64,000 bases of DNA, taken from NCBI GenBank assembly GCA_033442325.1, contig JAWQFM010000012.1:1220405-1284404 (forward strand). The letters are read 5' to 3'. The notes under the pieces are model-generated. The model searched no databases. It was not told the origin of the DNA and was given only the letters and a program-made list of their open reading frames with translations. Positions 25,827-51,074 of the stretch are shown here, piece after piece (the first letter of the stretch is position 1; each line of letters begins with the position of its first letter). The position numbers and the translations under genes are program-made. The DNA comes from Salpingoeca rosetta. Taxonomy: Eukaryota; Protista; Choanoflagellata.

Positions 25827-27259
25827 CTATGTTGCCTTTGTTGTTGCTGTTTCTGTTGAAATTGCTGTTTCTGTTGTTGTTGTTGCTGCTGTTGTGGCTG
25901 AGCTTGGTGTGGTGGTTGTTGTTGTTGTGGTTGCTGTTTCTGTGTTGTAGGCTGTGGGTCGCGCGATTCTTCTGCGACGCGTCGCAATGGGACTGCCCAC
26001 CCCAACCGTGGAGGCAGCAATCCCGCCATCCACACCACTATTTCTCTTGGACGCGGGCGAGGATGCCACATGCCGTCTGACGCCATTCTTCCCCTTACTT
26101 CCAACACCACCATCACCACCATCGCTTATGCTGCTGCTGCTGCTGCTGCTGCTGTTGTCGGTGGTGGTGGTAGTCGTGGTAGTGTGTGTCTCATTGATGT
26201 TGATGCTGGCGGTAAAGGAGGTGCGGAAGGAGTTCCTGCGGGCGCGGGGCCGGCGGGCCATCAGCCGCGCCCTGTGCTCAGCCAGCGATGAAGACATCAC
26301 CTCCACCGTCATGGTCTCGCGTCGAGCGGGAATATACGACGACGATGACAGCGGTGATGAAGCAGGAGAGGAGGCGGTCAGGGACGCCGTGGACGTGAAC
26401 GCACTGCTGTCCCCGCTGTGGCCCGCACGTCCATTCGTAACTGATGCAGTCGCAACAAAGGCGCTCCTCTCATCGTCGTCAGCCTTCGTGTTGCTGCTGC
26501 TGCCACTCTTATCATGGCGATCATCGCCGTTTGTGTCGTCACCATCCGGCCCGAGGGAGCGGCGTTGTCTACGGGGAAGGGCAAAGCGCGGTGCCAGCCG
26601 CCGTGGCGATGGCGAGGCGACCGCATGGGGGCGGCGTGGCGGTGTGTGGCGCGCGTGCGCGTGTCCGTGTGCCAGCGATGGCGCGAAGAACACGGGGCGT
26701 GGAGGGCTGCCGTCCATGGCCTCACCGCTGCCACTCGGGTCAAGCATGAGCGGAGAGAAGCTGCGGCCCAGCTGCTCGTGCAGGCGAAACCGATCCCGCA
26801 CATACGGCCGCACATCCGACGGGTTCTGCATGTGTGTGAGCGTACATGAGTGCGTGCGCGAGTGAGCGAGAGAGTGTGGGAGAGAGAGAGAGAGTGTGTG
26901 TGTGTGTGTATGAGTGCACGCGCGCGTGTGTGTGCGTTGGTGAGACAGAGCTCGGCACGCATAAGAGTGGGTATAAGTCGTTGATGAAACACTGCGAAAA
27001 GCAACAACGAGCGGCAGCGATACGGCAGCAGCCAGCGCACCATATCTGCGAGGGCGTCGAGGTAGTCTGCGAGGATGGCCAGGGAGCGGTCGGCGCGATC
27101 CTGCGACCACGTGATGATCGGGATGCCGTTCGACAGCTGGTGCAGATATCGACGGCACGGGCGTGACGTTGGGACAGGGAGCGGTCGCAGTGTGATGAGG
27201 GTGGTCGTGGAAGGGGCCGCAGGTGACACACAGACACAGGCACAGAGAGAGGGAGAAAT

Positions 27260-27291
<32 letters not shown>

Positions 27292-27607
27292 ACCCACCCA
27301 CACACACACACACACACAAATATACAAACAAGCACACACACACACACATGTGTACAAACAAGCACACACACACGCACACGCACGCACACGCACACACACA
27401 AACAAACAAACAAACAAGCCCACAAGCACACACATACACAGAGATAGCTGACCTGGTATGCAAAGACCTGCGGGGAGTTGTCTACGAGCATGACACGGCG
27501 GAGATCTCGTCCAAGCCGCGTCAGATTCTTCAAGTGAATCCCAAACTGGAAGTCGCAGTGTTCCCGGAACAGGCGGTGGCTGCAGTGACGACATGGTTGA
27601 GTGTTGT

Positions 27608-27684
<77 letters not shown>

Positions 27685-28869
27685 GTGCACGTGTGTGTGT
27701 GTGTGTGCGTGTGTGCGTGTGTGTGTGCACGTGTGTGTGTGTGTGTGGTTTTCGTTGTGAGGCACGTGAACACGGCGGTGAGAAAACAGCTTTCATGGCG
27801 CACACACACACACACATGCAAGTGCACCAGCAGGAGTGCACCCAGGCTTCAGCCACGCGAGATACACCAGTCCAACACTCACTGGAAAAATTCATTGTGC
27901 GGGTCAAGTTGCTCCAGCAGTGCGTCTGCATACACCTGCATTGACGCCGTGAACAGTACAACCTCGTACCGCTGCGTACACAGGTGTGTGTGTGTGATTG
28001 TGTGATTGTGTGATTGTGGTTGTGATCGTGGTTGTGGTCGTGGTTGTGGTCGTTATTGTGCGAACATGTGTACACGACAATCAGTATAAGTGTGTGTATA
28101 TGGGTGGGTGACGCGCAAGGGTGAATTGTTGTTGAAGAACAAGCAAGAAGCAATGTGCAAAAGTTTGATGCACAAGCTGGCGCCCTTACAACCACCACCA
28201 CCACCGCCACCACCACGACAGCTCGACAATAGCAACGATGACAATGACAATAGCAACCACCACACCACCACAAAACAGCAGAGCATAGGTCCATCTGCCC
28301 GCACCTGGGCGACCCTGCGCAGGAAATCGCGGGCGTGCGGGCGGACGCGCGTGTAGATGCGCAGCGACTGGCCGTGCGCACTGATGTCAAACTGGCATTG
28401 AGCAGTGGGATGTTGAGGGAGGGGGGAGGGTGGTCGAAGGAGAAGGAGCACAACTACAAGTGAGGGTCCAGTGTACGAGCGTCCGCAACGACACGACAAG
28501 GAAGAACAAATTGAAATGCAACCAAGAGAGGCAAGAACCAAACAAAGATCAAGAGTCAAGAGCCAAGGGATGAAGACAGCACTGTGGAGTGAGAGCGTAG
28601 GGTTGAATTGGTGTCAAAGTCATCAGGCAACGCAGTAGCATGCGCACGACAGCATGCGAAAGGACTGACCGCCACGTCTGCGTCTGCCACGGGTGTGGTC
28701 AGGCTGTGCACCAGCGTCTCATCCTTGAGGCAACGCAACGCAAAACATGGATGGTGTGTGGGAGGGGAAGGGCATTGTTGGTGAGCATCGTTGCTGAGCA
28801 GACACTCACTCCAACGCGCATTGCGCACGCTCAGAAATGCAACCAGATACAAACAAGCAAACCGCACGA

Positions 28870-28940
<71 letters not shown>

Positions 28941-29158
28941 AGGTCGAGGACGAGGGTCATGCGTCCGTCCTTCGGCGCGGGCGGGAGGAGCGGGCCGGGC
29001 TTGGAGAAGAGCGGATAGCGCGGGGGACTGCGCAGAAACCGGATCCTGTGGTGGTGATGGTGGTGACGACGATTGGGATTCGTGTTGCGGTGTCGAGGGT
29101 GGTGGATCAACGACGTGCAGGTACGCACAGACACACGCGCAGACAAACAGACAGACAA

Positions 29159-29211
<53 letters not shown>

Positions 29212-29618
29212 TGCACACAGAAAGACGAGCCGATCTCACATGTCGTCTGAGAGGCCTGTGAGGTGGTCAAGGTCGTGGCTCTCTGGGCGGTTTGCTTCCC
29301 GCAGGTCCGCAGGGGCGCCGATGGTGGGGGTCGCCCTTGCTGCTGTCGATGATGTTGTTGTTGTTGTTGCTGTTGTTGCTGTTGCTGTTGTTGATGTGGC
29401 TGTGGCTGCGTGGCGCGTGCTTGTTGTCGCTGTGGACGTTGATGAAGCTGGCGGCTCCGTTTGCGCAGCAGCGTCTGTATGGTTGGGAGAGGGAGGTATC
29501 GAGAGTTGTGGAGAGACACAGAGGTGGAGGTAAGCAATGAACCAATAAGCAAGCGACAAGCAAGAAATAGAGTGCGATACACACACACACACACACACAC
29601 GCATACGCACACACACAC

Positions 29619-29656
<38 letters not shown>

Positions 29657-29766
29657 GCATCGCCTGTGCCACGCCAACCAGCGTCTGGGGTGCGGAAGAC
29701 GGAGAGGAGCGGGGAGAAGATGGCTGCCACATATGACGAATCCCGCCGGGATGATGACGCTGGCGG

Positions 29767-29798
<32 letters not shown>

Positions 29799-29844
29799 CC
29801 GGTGCTTCCTCATTCCGCAAGCTCGCCCACCTGTGTGTGTGTGT

Positions 29845-29911
<67 letters not shown>

Positions 29912-30026
29912 TTGGGGGGGGGAGGATATCGTACGAAGCTGTGAGAGACATGGACTTGCGCGAGGTGTGACAGGTGGGCCTGGACGACGTGTTTGTCAAG
30001 ACTACGCAGAGAGAGAGAGAGAGAGA

Positions 30027-30099
<73 letters not shown>

Positions 30100-30552
30100 C
30101 GTGCGTGCGTACGGGAAGAGGCTGGCAGGGATCCATGAGTCGCGCTTGGCGGCCTTTGCTGGGCGCTTGCTCGGCGACTTTACTGGAGCTTTTGGTTGTA
30201 TTCCAGCACGTGTTCATGCGCACATGTGTGTGAGAGAATGTGATCGTTTGGCGACAAGCAGATGATATAGCGTTGCCCCCTGTCACACGTACACCACACA
30301 CATGCATACAGCATATACATGTGCACACACACGCACAAACACATACACACACACACACATTTTGTCTGTGAGGGAGCTTACAAGGGATGGCAGAGGTGAT
30401 GATGCTGGCATCAAGGCTGGTGGTTGTTGTTGCTGTGGAGGCATGAGGCTCGTCAGCGGTGCTCGTGTCCCACGCTTCACCTCCATCTTCATCCTCGTCA
30501 TCCTCGCGTTCCTGCACACGCACACACGCACACACACACACACACACGCACG

Positions 30553-30608
<56 letters not shown>

Positions 30609-30610
30609 CG

Positions 30611-30659
<49 letters not shown>

Positions 30660-31373
30660 GCACGCACGCACGCACGCACGGAGAAGATACAAGCATCAGG
30701 TGATGAGCACATGATTGTGTGGGCGTTGGCGCGATGCAAACAAGCAGCACACTTGCCTCTTGCTCCCTTCCCCCACAAGTAGCAAAATACGCTGCGCACG
30801 CTGACCTGGGCGGTGCGCTTGCCCCTGCCTTTCTTTGCGGCGCTACTACTGGGTGAGGAAAACACCTGAAGGCGGAGGCAAGCAACATCACACACGGAAG
30901 CAGCAATCAATCCAAGACAGAGGGTCAGTGCACGCAAGGCTTGTTCGTTGAAGTTTGCAGGTGTTGCAGTGGATGTTTGAGCGCGAGCCGAACAAACACG
31001 CATGGATGCACCTCACGCACCTCTGTTACTGTTTGCAGCACTTTCTGAAACCGGGACGGCGGTCGATCTGGTGTTTTGGGGGTTGATGGCTGGTGCGCTG
31101 GCTCTGATCCCGCGTTGTCACGCTGTTCCTGTTGCTGCTGCTGTTGCTTCTGCTGGTCCTGGAGCTGCTGCGGCTGCTCCTCTTCGTCAGCACGGTCGCT
31201 CTGAAGGTGTTGAGCCACAGTCAATAATATGACAACACAAGTCAGCGATGCAGTGCAGGCTGTGCGTGCATCGAAGCGGCACGCCAGTCTAGGACGCCCA
31301 CAAGCACAACAACAACGACGACGAACAAGGTCCACAACGACAGCACCCCCTCAGCCCCACTCCAACTGACCAT
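25827..31373 (-). CDS. CTD small phosphatase-like (FCP1/NIF HAD family, CTDSPL2/SCP4-like), multi-exon
   Basis: Spliced motifs TLVLDL|DETLVHS (DxDxT), [71 protein letters not shown]. Probable ATG-only first coding exon 31373-31371 spliced to 31200. Stop at 25827 after a long low-complexity tail. N-terminal exons are less certain. Confidence 0.88.
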
Positions 31374-31674
31374 GCTTGTCGCTGTGGAGTGGTGCACGAT
31401 TGCACGGCGTCACACACAAACAAAATAAACACACAGCCTCAGTCTCGACTGTCAGCTGCCAAGAAACAAGCCAGCAAGCCAAGCAAGCAAGATGGAAGCG
31501 ACGCGCCACAAGAAGAAGAACAACAATGATAAGAACGGGGCTCACTTCCCACCACCACACAGCCGTCAAGGTCGCAACGAACGCTGTTGTGCTGCTGGGC
31601 GGTTGGCGTTGTTTTGCTGCTGCTCTTCCAATTGCTGAGTCAGCAAAAAACTCGACAACCAACCACAAGCCACG
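31374..31674. promoter_or_regulatory. Putative compact bidirectional promoter (phosphatase / TRMO)
   Basis: Only ~300 bp separate the divergent start codons; inferred from geometry alone. Confidence 0.4.
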
Positions 31675-32188
31675 ATGGCGGACAACGAGGAGATGCAAGG
31701 CAAAGAGGAGGAGGTGCAGCAGGAGGTGGTGCAAGAGCTTGAGCCTGAGGTGGTGGCGGTGCGCGATGCCGCCACGCTGGTTGGCGATGGCGATGGTGAT
31801 GCTGATGCTGATGGTGCACGGGAGCTGCGACAGAAGCGGCGAGAGCTGGAAGGACAGGTGAAGTCTGCAAAGGCAGAGCTGGTGCGGTTGCAGTGCCAGC
31901 TGCGGGACTTCTCCTCAAAGCACTTTCGGCAAATGGAGCACCTGCGCTTTCTCATCAACAACCGCCTGCACGCAAAGGCGGAGGATCCTGCAGACAGCGA
32001 ACGTGAAAGGGCCACACCAGCAACAGCAGCAGCAACAACAGCAGCAACAGCAGCAACAACAACAGCATCAGCAAAGCAGTCGCTTTCGTCACAGAAGGGC
32101 GAAGACACTAATGAGCACGCAGACTGGAAGGAGGCCATCAAACCCATTGGCTACCTCAAGTCCTGCTTCAAGCGCAAGGTGCAAACTT

Positions 32189-32265
<77 letters not shown>

Positions 32266-32535
32266 TTGTCTTCCTCCTCTGCTTTGGTTTGTTCTCCGTG
32301 AAATTCACGAAGCTCCTTCACAACTCAATCCACTGCTGCGGCAGAATGGCACGCCGAGGCAAGCCAACCTGTGCCCCGATTCCGCTGCATATCTGCAGGT
32401 GACCGCCTTCAGCAACTCCGACCACGCCCTGGAGGGCCTGGCGCACTTTTCTCACGTCTGGCTCGTGTTCTACTTTCACCTCAACGACAACATCTCCGTG
32501 AAAGCCAAGGTTGTCCAGCGTAGCGGGGTGTGTGT

Positions 32536-32568
<33 letters not shown>

Positions 32569-33800
32569 GTGTGTATGTATGTGTCTGTGTCTGTGTCTGT
32601 GTCTGTGTCTGTGTCTGTGTGTGTGTGTGCACGAGTGGCTGAGTGAGTCTGACTGTCTTCATTAATTCTCGCCTTGTGCCACGGCGAATCTATCCCTCTG
32701 TCAGTCTGCCTGTCCCGTATTGCCGAATTCATTGCAGCGCTCTTGAAACGAAGCCACCATCGCAGCCAGTCAGATGCATCTCACGCTCTTTGCGTCCTAT
32801 ACACACCGCCCGCCTTCAGATCCGGCCGCCAAAGCTTGACGGCGTTCGCGTCGGTGTCATGAGCACGCGGTCCCCGCACCGCCCAAACCCAATTGGCCTC
32901 AGCCTGGTTGAGCTCGCAAAGGTGCAGGGTGACACACTCTTCTTCAACGGCATTGACGTGAGTTGGCCGTCTTGACAGCCAGGTTTTTGATGATGGTTGC
33001 AATGGGGGAGAGGGAGGTTGGCGCTGGCTGGCTGGTTGAATTGCCTACTGATGTGTGTTGATCTTGCTCACTTGGTTGTGAGTCGCTGGCTGAGTTGTGT
33101 TGTGTTGGTCCGCGTCGTGCTTTGAGTCGAGACAGTCGCCTCCCAAACCCTTAGTCTCATCACCACCGCCCCTCCTCCCACCATCGTCCTTCAAACAGCT
33201 TGTTGACGGCACGCCAATCCTGGACGTGAAGCCGTACATCCCCTTCTACGATGCGCCGCCATCGCCGCCCACCATCGCCCCGTGGGTGCACGACGCCCGC
33301 CTTCGCGAGCTCCCCGTCGTCTTCACAGACCGCGCACAGGCTGACATTGCTGCTCTAGGTTCGTGTGTGTGTGTGTGTGTGCGTGTGTGTGAGTGTGTGC
33401 GTGTGTGAGTGTGTGTGTGTGTGTGTCAGTGTGTGCGTGTGTGTGCGTGTGAGAGAGAGTATGTGTGTGTTTGTGTGTGTGTCTGTGTGTGTCTGTGTGT
33501 CTGTGTGTGTGTGCACATTTGCGGGCGCAAGTGTCTCTAAATACACTGAAGCCTCCTTCCCCTTGTTCCTGGCTTGGTGGAACCCTCACATACGCGCGAC
33601 CACTGTCATTGCTTCTCCCCCCCCCCTTCTTGCCCCTTTCCCTTGTCTTCCCCCGTCTGCATTGTGTGTCCCCAATGCCACCAGTGGACGCTGGTCAGCT
33701 GCAGTTCTTCAGCAGCGCGGACACATTCAAGCAGGCCGTCCTTGCCATCCTCCGCGCAGGTGCTCATGTGTCAAGGGTTGGGTGGCGTAGTGTGCTCTGT

Positions 33801-33836
<36 letters not shown>

Positions 33837-33883
33837 ATGTGTGTTTATTGTGCGTGCTGTCCTGTACTGTGTGCTGTGCTTTG

Positions 33884-33919
<36 letters not shown>

Positions 33920-34294
33920 AGCAGAGATTGCGTCAAGTGGTGGTAGCACTGCAATGAGATGAGGACGCGCAATCACACGCAAATGCGTACCCCCCCCCCC
34001 CACACACACGCTGCAGACCCACGGTCGTCGTATCGGCGGGAGAAGTGCCGCGAGCAGACATACGCATTTACGCTGGACGCCACAGACATTATTGTCAAGT
34101 TTGAGGACGATGTGGCGCACGTGCTGCAGGTGAAGGCGTTCCGGCCCAAGAAGGAGAAGACAGCAGGTCACCTGTCGCAGGAGGCAGCAGAGGTGGTGGT
34201 GGTGGCACAGGAGCAACAGAGTGAAGAGGCGCCGAGCGACGCAGCGTGTGGAGGCGACCATGATGATGACGACGAAGCAACGGAAGCAGGGTGA
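31675..34294 (+). CDS. TRMO: tRNA (adenine(37)-N6)-methyltransferase TrmO/TsaA
   Basis: N-terminal coiled coil, then [12 protein letters not shown]|[52 protein letters not shown]|[15 protein letters not shown], and a eukaryote-type C-terminal DPRSSYRR domain. About six GT-AG exons. Confidence 0.93.
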
Positions 34295-34566
34295 TGTGTG
34301 TGCTTGCGTGTGTGCGTGTGTATATACGTGTGTGCGTGTGTGTATGCGTGTGTGTTGTACAGGCGATAAAACCAAGCCCTCCTTGCTTGCTGCTGTGATG
34401 TGTTGTGGGGTGGTAAACGAGAAGACAGCCCAAGGAGGAGGAGGACAGGCGCAGAAACAAAACCCAAACTGTTTGTTCGTTCGTTGTTTCGCGCGCACAA
34501 TTTGACCGTTGCAACAACAACAGCAGCGCAGCGGGGGGCAGTGGGCAGGCAACCCGGCGTCGAGTG

Positions 34567-40241
<5,675 letters not shown>

Positions 40242-40432
40242 CGCATGCACGTGCGTCGTCGCTGTTGATTGTTCTTGTTGTTCGTGGTGTTGTTATTGTT
40301 GTTGTGGTCGTGATTAGTTACTTGATGCGAACCTGTGGTGTAGCGTGACTCTTCGCGGTGTGTCTTGCTTGTTCATCGAGAGAGAGGGGGGGGGGAGTAT
40401 GTGTGTATGTGAGAGTGGGTGTGTGTGTGAGT

Positions 40433-40471
<39 letters not shown>

Positions 40472-40602
40472 GGCATGCGGACTGGCACATAGTTTGAAGA
40501 TTTGTTGGGGCGAACAACCACATGAAAAACGCCAAACATAAACACATCGGTGCCCTTCACGTGCAATGATGAAAACGTGGTGGTGGGATAGGGAGGGTGC
40601 GC

Positions 40603-41001
40603 ATGATAGATGTCGTTGATGGTGGGATTCGCTCCGAGTATCCTGTTGAGCTGTGTGAGCTTCCGGAACGGTCGGATCGCATACTGGACAAGATTGAACA
40701 CTGCGAGCGGGTGGCACACAGTGTGGTGGATGACTGGACTTCCCTCATCAAAACGTTTGAGATGTGCACCACCAAGAGCAACATGATGCAGCGCCGCATG
40801 TTGGCGTGCGAGTTTCTGCTGGAGCGCGTGCTGCCTGCGCTGAGAGGCATGGACAGGGTGAAGGTGCTGGCGGAGGCGGGCGGGAACCCGTTCAAGGGCA
40901 GTTGTGCACGCCCGTACTTTGTGAAGACGGAGGAGGCGGTGCACGGCATGATTTGTGCAGAGTTGGTGCGACTGATTGAGACAGTGGAAGAGGAGGAATG
41001 A
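40603..41001 (+). CDS. Hypothetical 132-aa protein, or an orphan terminal exon
   Basis: Repeat-free ORF with coding-like, G/C-ending codons, bounded by (GT)n tracts; no recognisable motif. Confidence 0.45.
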   Translation: MIDVVDGGIRSEYPVELCELPERSDRILDKIEHCERVAHSVVDDWTSLIKTFEMCTTKSNMMQRRMLACEFLLERVLPALRGMDRVKVLAEAGGNPFKGSCARPYFVKTEEAVHGMICAELVRLIETVEEEE

Positions 41002-41564
41002 GGACAGGACACCGGAGAGACGGACATTCTGTGTGTGCGTGTGTGTGCGTGTGCGTGCGTGCGTGTGTGTGTGTGTGACCTGTGGGAGCTAGGGGTGAGA
41101 GGGTTTTCTTTCTTCCAATGAGTGTCTGGGTGTCTGCTTCCTTGCTTCTTTGTATGTGTGTGTGTGTGTGTTTGTGCTACCTATACCTATGCATGCCTGT
41201 CAAGATTCGTGTAGCGAGATTCGGTGAAGGTGCTGAGGTTCTTGTTCATAAACGGCTGTCATGTCACCAAGACATACCTCACACCACCCCTCTCGACATC
41301 TTGTTGTCAATCTCAAACAAAGCCGCTCAGCCGTTGTGTCGCAGTATGTTTTGTTTGTGGCCATCACAGCTTACTCCTCGACAAGTCTTCCGCTCTTCCT
41401 TGGGTCGGAACGTTGACGGAAACCTTTCGCTGTTTTTCCTCTCCGCTGTCCTCCATTGCACAAACCTGTCACTGCCACTGGCTGCTTCCTTGCTTCTGCG
41501 GACGTGCATTTCCCTATTTCCTCGCTCCTGACTCGACCTTACTTCACCCATACGACCTTCGACA

Positions 41565-43175
<1,611 letters not shown>

Positions 43176-43736
43176 TGGGCGCGATGCCGAGACAGCGGTT
43201 GCCACGGGCTTGATCACACCACACAATTGCCCGCGCCGATCAGATGTGGTTGTTTGGTGCTGATGTTGTTGTTGCTACTGCTGCTCTTGTCAGTCACAGC
43301 GTCACTTTCACCACAACCTGCTTCACGTTCCGTTCCGTGGTCCATGCCGAACGTTTACTGTTGTTGTTACACATCCCACAACCATTGCTACTGCCTCCCC
43401 CCCCCCCTTCTCCGTGCACCACCAACACGTCAACCGAATACAACAAGGCAGCCCAAACAGTATGCACGCAAGTTGGCAATTCCAGCACATCAACAGTCAG
43501 CAACAGTCAACAAGACACGGCTATGAACACTTTAAGCATGAAACACGTGAAACACACATTAGAAATCAGAATAAGAGGTACAAATGTAATTCACGCACAC
43601 TTAGCGCCACACGTGAGTGCTGCAGGTCGTAGTCGCAGCACAAAGGGGGCTTCATGTTAGACCACCTCAAAACCACTACCATCAACACTACCACCACCAC
43701 CATCACTCCTGTGCGCCTTCCGTGACCGCACGGCGG

Positions 43737-47980
<4,244 letters not shown>

Positions 47981-48416
47981 GGCTGGCTGGCTGGCTGGGG
48001 TTGTCGTGTGGGTGTGTGGGTGTGTGTGGGTGGTGGTGTGTTGCTGTTTTGGAAGGAGCCGCTGTAGCACAGAAGCAGCGGAGGCAGGGTGAATTGGATC
48101 CACCCCGACACCACAATTTACATTGTGTCCGCCACGGCTGCCGCGCCAAATCCGAACTACACAACCAACTGCTGCGATTGTGATGATGGCGAACCACCGC
48201 AAACACACACTGCCAACACACACCAACACCCACACACACGCACACTCGCGCGCACACGCATAGCAAACTACATGCACACGCAGAGCACACGCAGCGACGC
48301 TACATGCACAACTCACCATGTGTCGGGGAACCATGAGCCACAATCACTTTGCACTGACACTCACTGAGTGAGTCGTGGACGTGCTTGCATACGCTGTACC
48401 CTGTGGCTGCGCAGAG

Positions 48417-50984
48417 ATGATGAGCGTCTTCATGGACGCGCCAACACCAGCACGGGTCTCAACACCGACAACAGCACTGCTATCAGGAGTCTCTGCACCG
48501 ACAACACCAACAACAACGGCCACAGCACCAATAACAGCGCCAACAACAACAACGGCCACAGCACCAGCACCAACAACAACGGCCACAGCACCAGCACCAA
48601 CAGCACCGACAACCACCCCAACACGAACAACAGCGCCAGCATCAAAACAGCGCAGCATGACGACGAGAGTGGCGGCAAAGAGGACACGGCATGCACTGCG
48701 GTGGTGGCGCGCTGTGACGGCAGCCTCTGCTCTCATCGTGCTTGCTCTTGTCGTGATCAGCAACGGGGACAAGAATCACAACGGCGTGCGAGCCTTCCCC
48801 GTGGACGGCAGCAGCACATCCGCACCACCGCCCACAACAACAGCCCTCCAGTTCACAACCACCGCCCCCGAGGATGCGCAGGCCCTGGAGCTTCAACCAC
48901 TGCCACTGGTCGTGAACGACATTGTGGAGGACTCCCCGACGCTCGCATTCTCCACCTGCCGTGGCAGCACCCTCGCCGTGCGCCTGGAGGCAACATATGA
49001 CACCATCTCCTCGGCAAGGGTGGAGCTGCGGGTGGACGGCACCAACACGCGCGTGTGGGATGCCACGCGAAGCATCGATGAGGAGTTCTTCTCCGTTGAC
49101 TTTGAGTTTGTCACGCCGCAGTCCGCATCCGGGGAAGGGGTTTTCCCGTTGCAGTGGCGGTGCGGCCTCACCGTCGTCACGCAGAACAGAACCGTCCCGC
49201 TCTCCATCTCCATCACCGCCGACAGCGCGAGCGAGGACTGCACGTGCCCCAAGCTGCACCCGGATGCCCTCAACAATGCGACCACCGCACACGACGTGCA
49301 GCGCATCGACGGAACGCAGCAGCAAGCGCTGGTGGCGTGCGGTGACCACGGCCGCTGGTTTCGCCTGCCGCAATGCCAGACCGCAGGCGACCTCGTCACC
49401 ATTCGCGCCGCTGAGTCCGAACCGAACACCGATGCCATCATCGACGTGTTTGCACTCATAGGCACGGAGCAGGTTGGCCGCGGCGAAGGCACCCTCTCTG
49501 TCAACATGTCCCGGCCGACGCAGCAAGGCCTGCTGGTGTTTGTGCGGAACCGCCTCAAGTTCAACGACATGCTGTTTGACCTGACCGTCGACGCCACGTG
49601 CGCCCCTGTCGCCTCGGACAAACAGCCAACGCCAACCACCCTCACCAACTCTGCTGATGACAGTGACGACGACGCTGCGAGCAGCGACACCGTGACGCAG
49701 GCGAAGATTGCCGTGGTTGCCGGGGTGGGCTCGCTGGCGGGGCTGAGCATCATCTGCGCCTTTTTCATGTGCTGCTGCAACTCGCCGCCACGCTGCTGCT
49801 ATCGCCTGTGCGGGTGGCGCGGCCTGCGTCGTCGCCGCACCTCCGGTATGCTCCACGACTCCGACTCCGACAGCGACCGCGGTGGGCTGTGCTGCATGTG
49901 CTGCGGCAGCCTGCGCAACATCGACCATGGCAGCGACAACGACGATGACGATGACGATGACATTGATTTGTACGGGGAGAGGGGCGCGCAGCGGCGGCGC
50001 GGCGGAAGGCGGAGGAGGAGGCAGAGTCGCAGAGAGCGGGATGTCCAGCGGCGCAACAGACGCAGACGCACGCGTGGTGGCAATGGTGACGACGATCATG
50101 ACGACGATCATGATGAGAGCGATGTCACGGACGGCAGCAGCAGCGATCTTGACGAGGACGAACGCGAGCATGCACGCCGCGAGAGGAGAAGGAGGCGGAG
50201 AAGACAAAGCAGACACCGGCGCAACCACAATGATGATGATGATGACGATGATGATGATGATGATGGTGATGATGGTGATGGTGATGATGGTGATGGTGAT
50301 GGCGACGGCAGCAGAAGCAACGCTGAGGGTGACGAAGTTGATGTTGATGGTATCGACGATGATGGTGATATTGAGGATGACGATGCACGTGGACGGAAAC
50401 ACGGCAGAGACAAGGTGCAGAAGAGGCATGGAAAAGGTGGGAAAACAAAGATACAGAGCAAGCAGCGTGCCGGTAAGACGAAACCTACAATGAAAGCGGT
50501 CAAGGACCAAGACGTGGTGGGGTCGACAGCGTCCACATCGCCCTCCGAAGATGACGACGATGATGCTGCCGATCTTGCAGATGGTGGCAGCGGCATTCGT
50601 GGCGGTAAGACTGGCAAGCACACGAAGGCAGCTGGCAAGACTGACCACCGTTCATCACGAGAGCACCGTGGGCGCACACACAGAGGAGACAGGAAGGCAC
50701 ACACACGCACGCCTCACAGCGTCGGCAGTGATGGTGGGAGTGGAAGCGCAGTGGGCGACACACGGCGTGGACGTGGCGGCAGCGGCTGCAGCAGCACGGC
50801 CGTCAGTGTTGGCGGTTCCACGGCAAGAGATGAGCGCGGAGGAGGAAGAGGAGGACGAGGAAAGCATCGGCGTCGGAGGAGCCGATCTGTGGATGGCGCC
50901 GGCGGCACCAGCGGCAGCACCCATGCACGCCGTCGCTGCGAGGACAACCGCGACACGAGCAGAGACAGAACCAACGACAACAAT

Positions 50985-51074
<90 letters not shown>

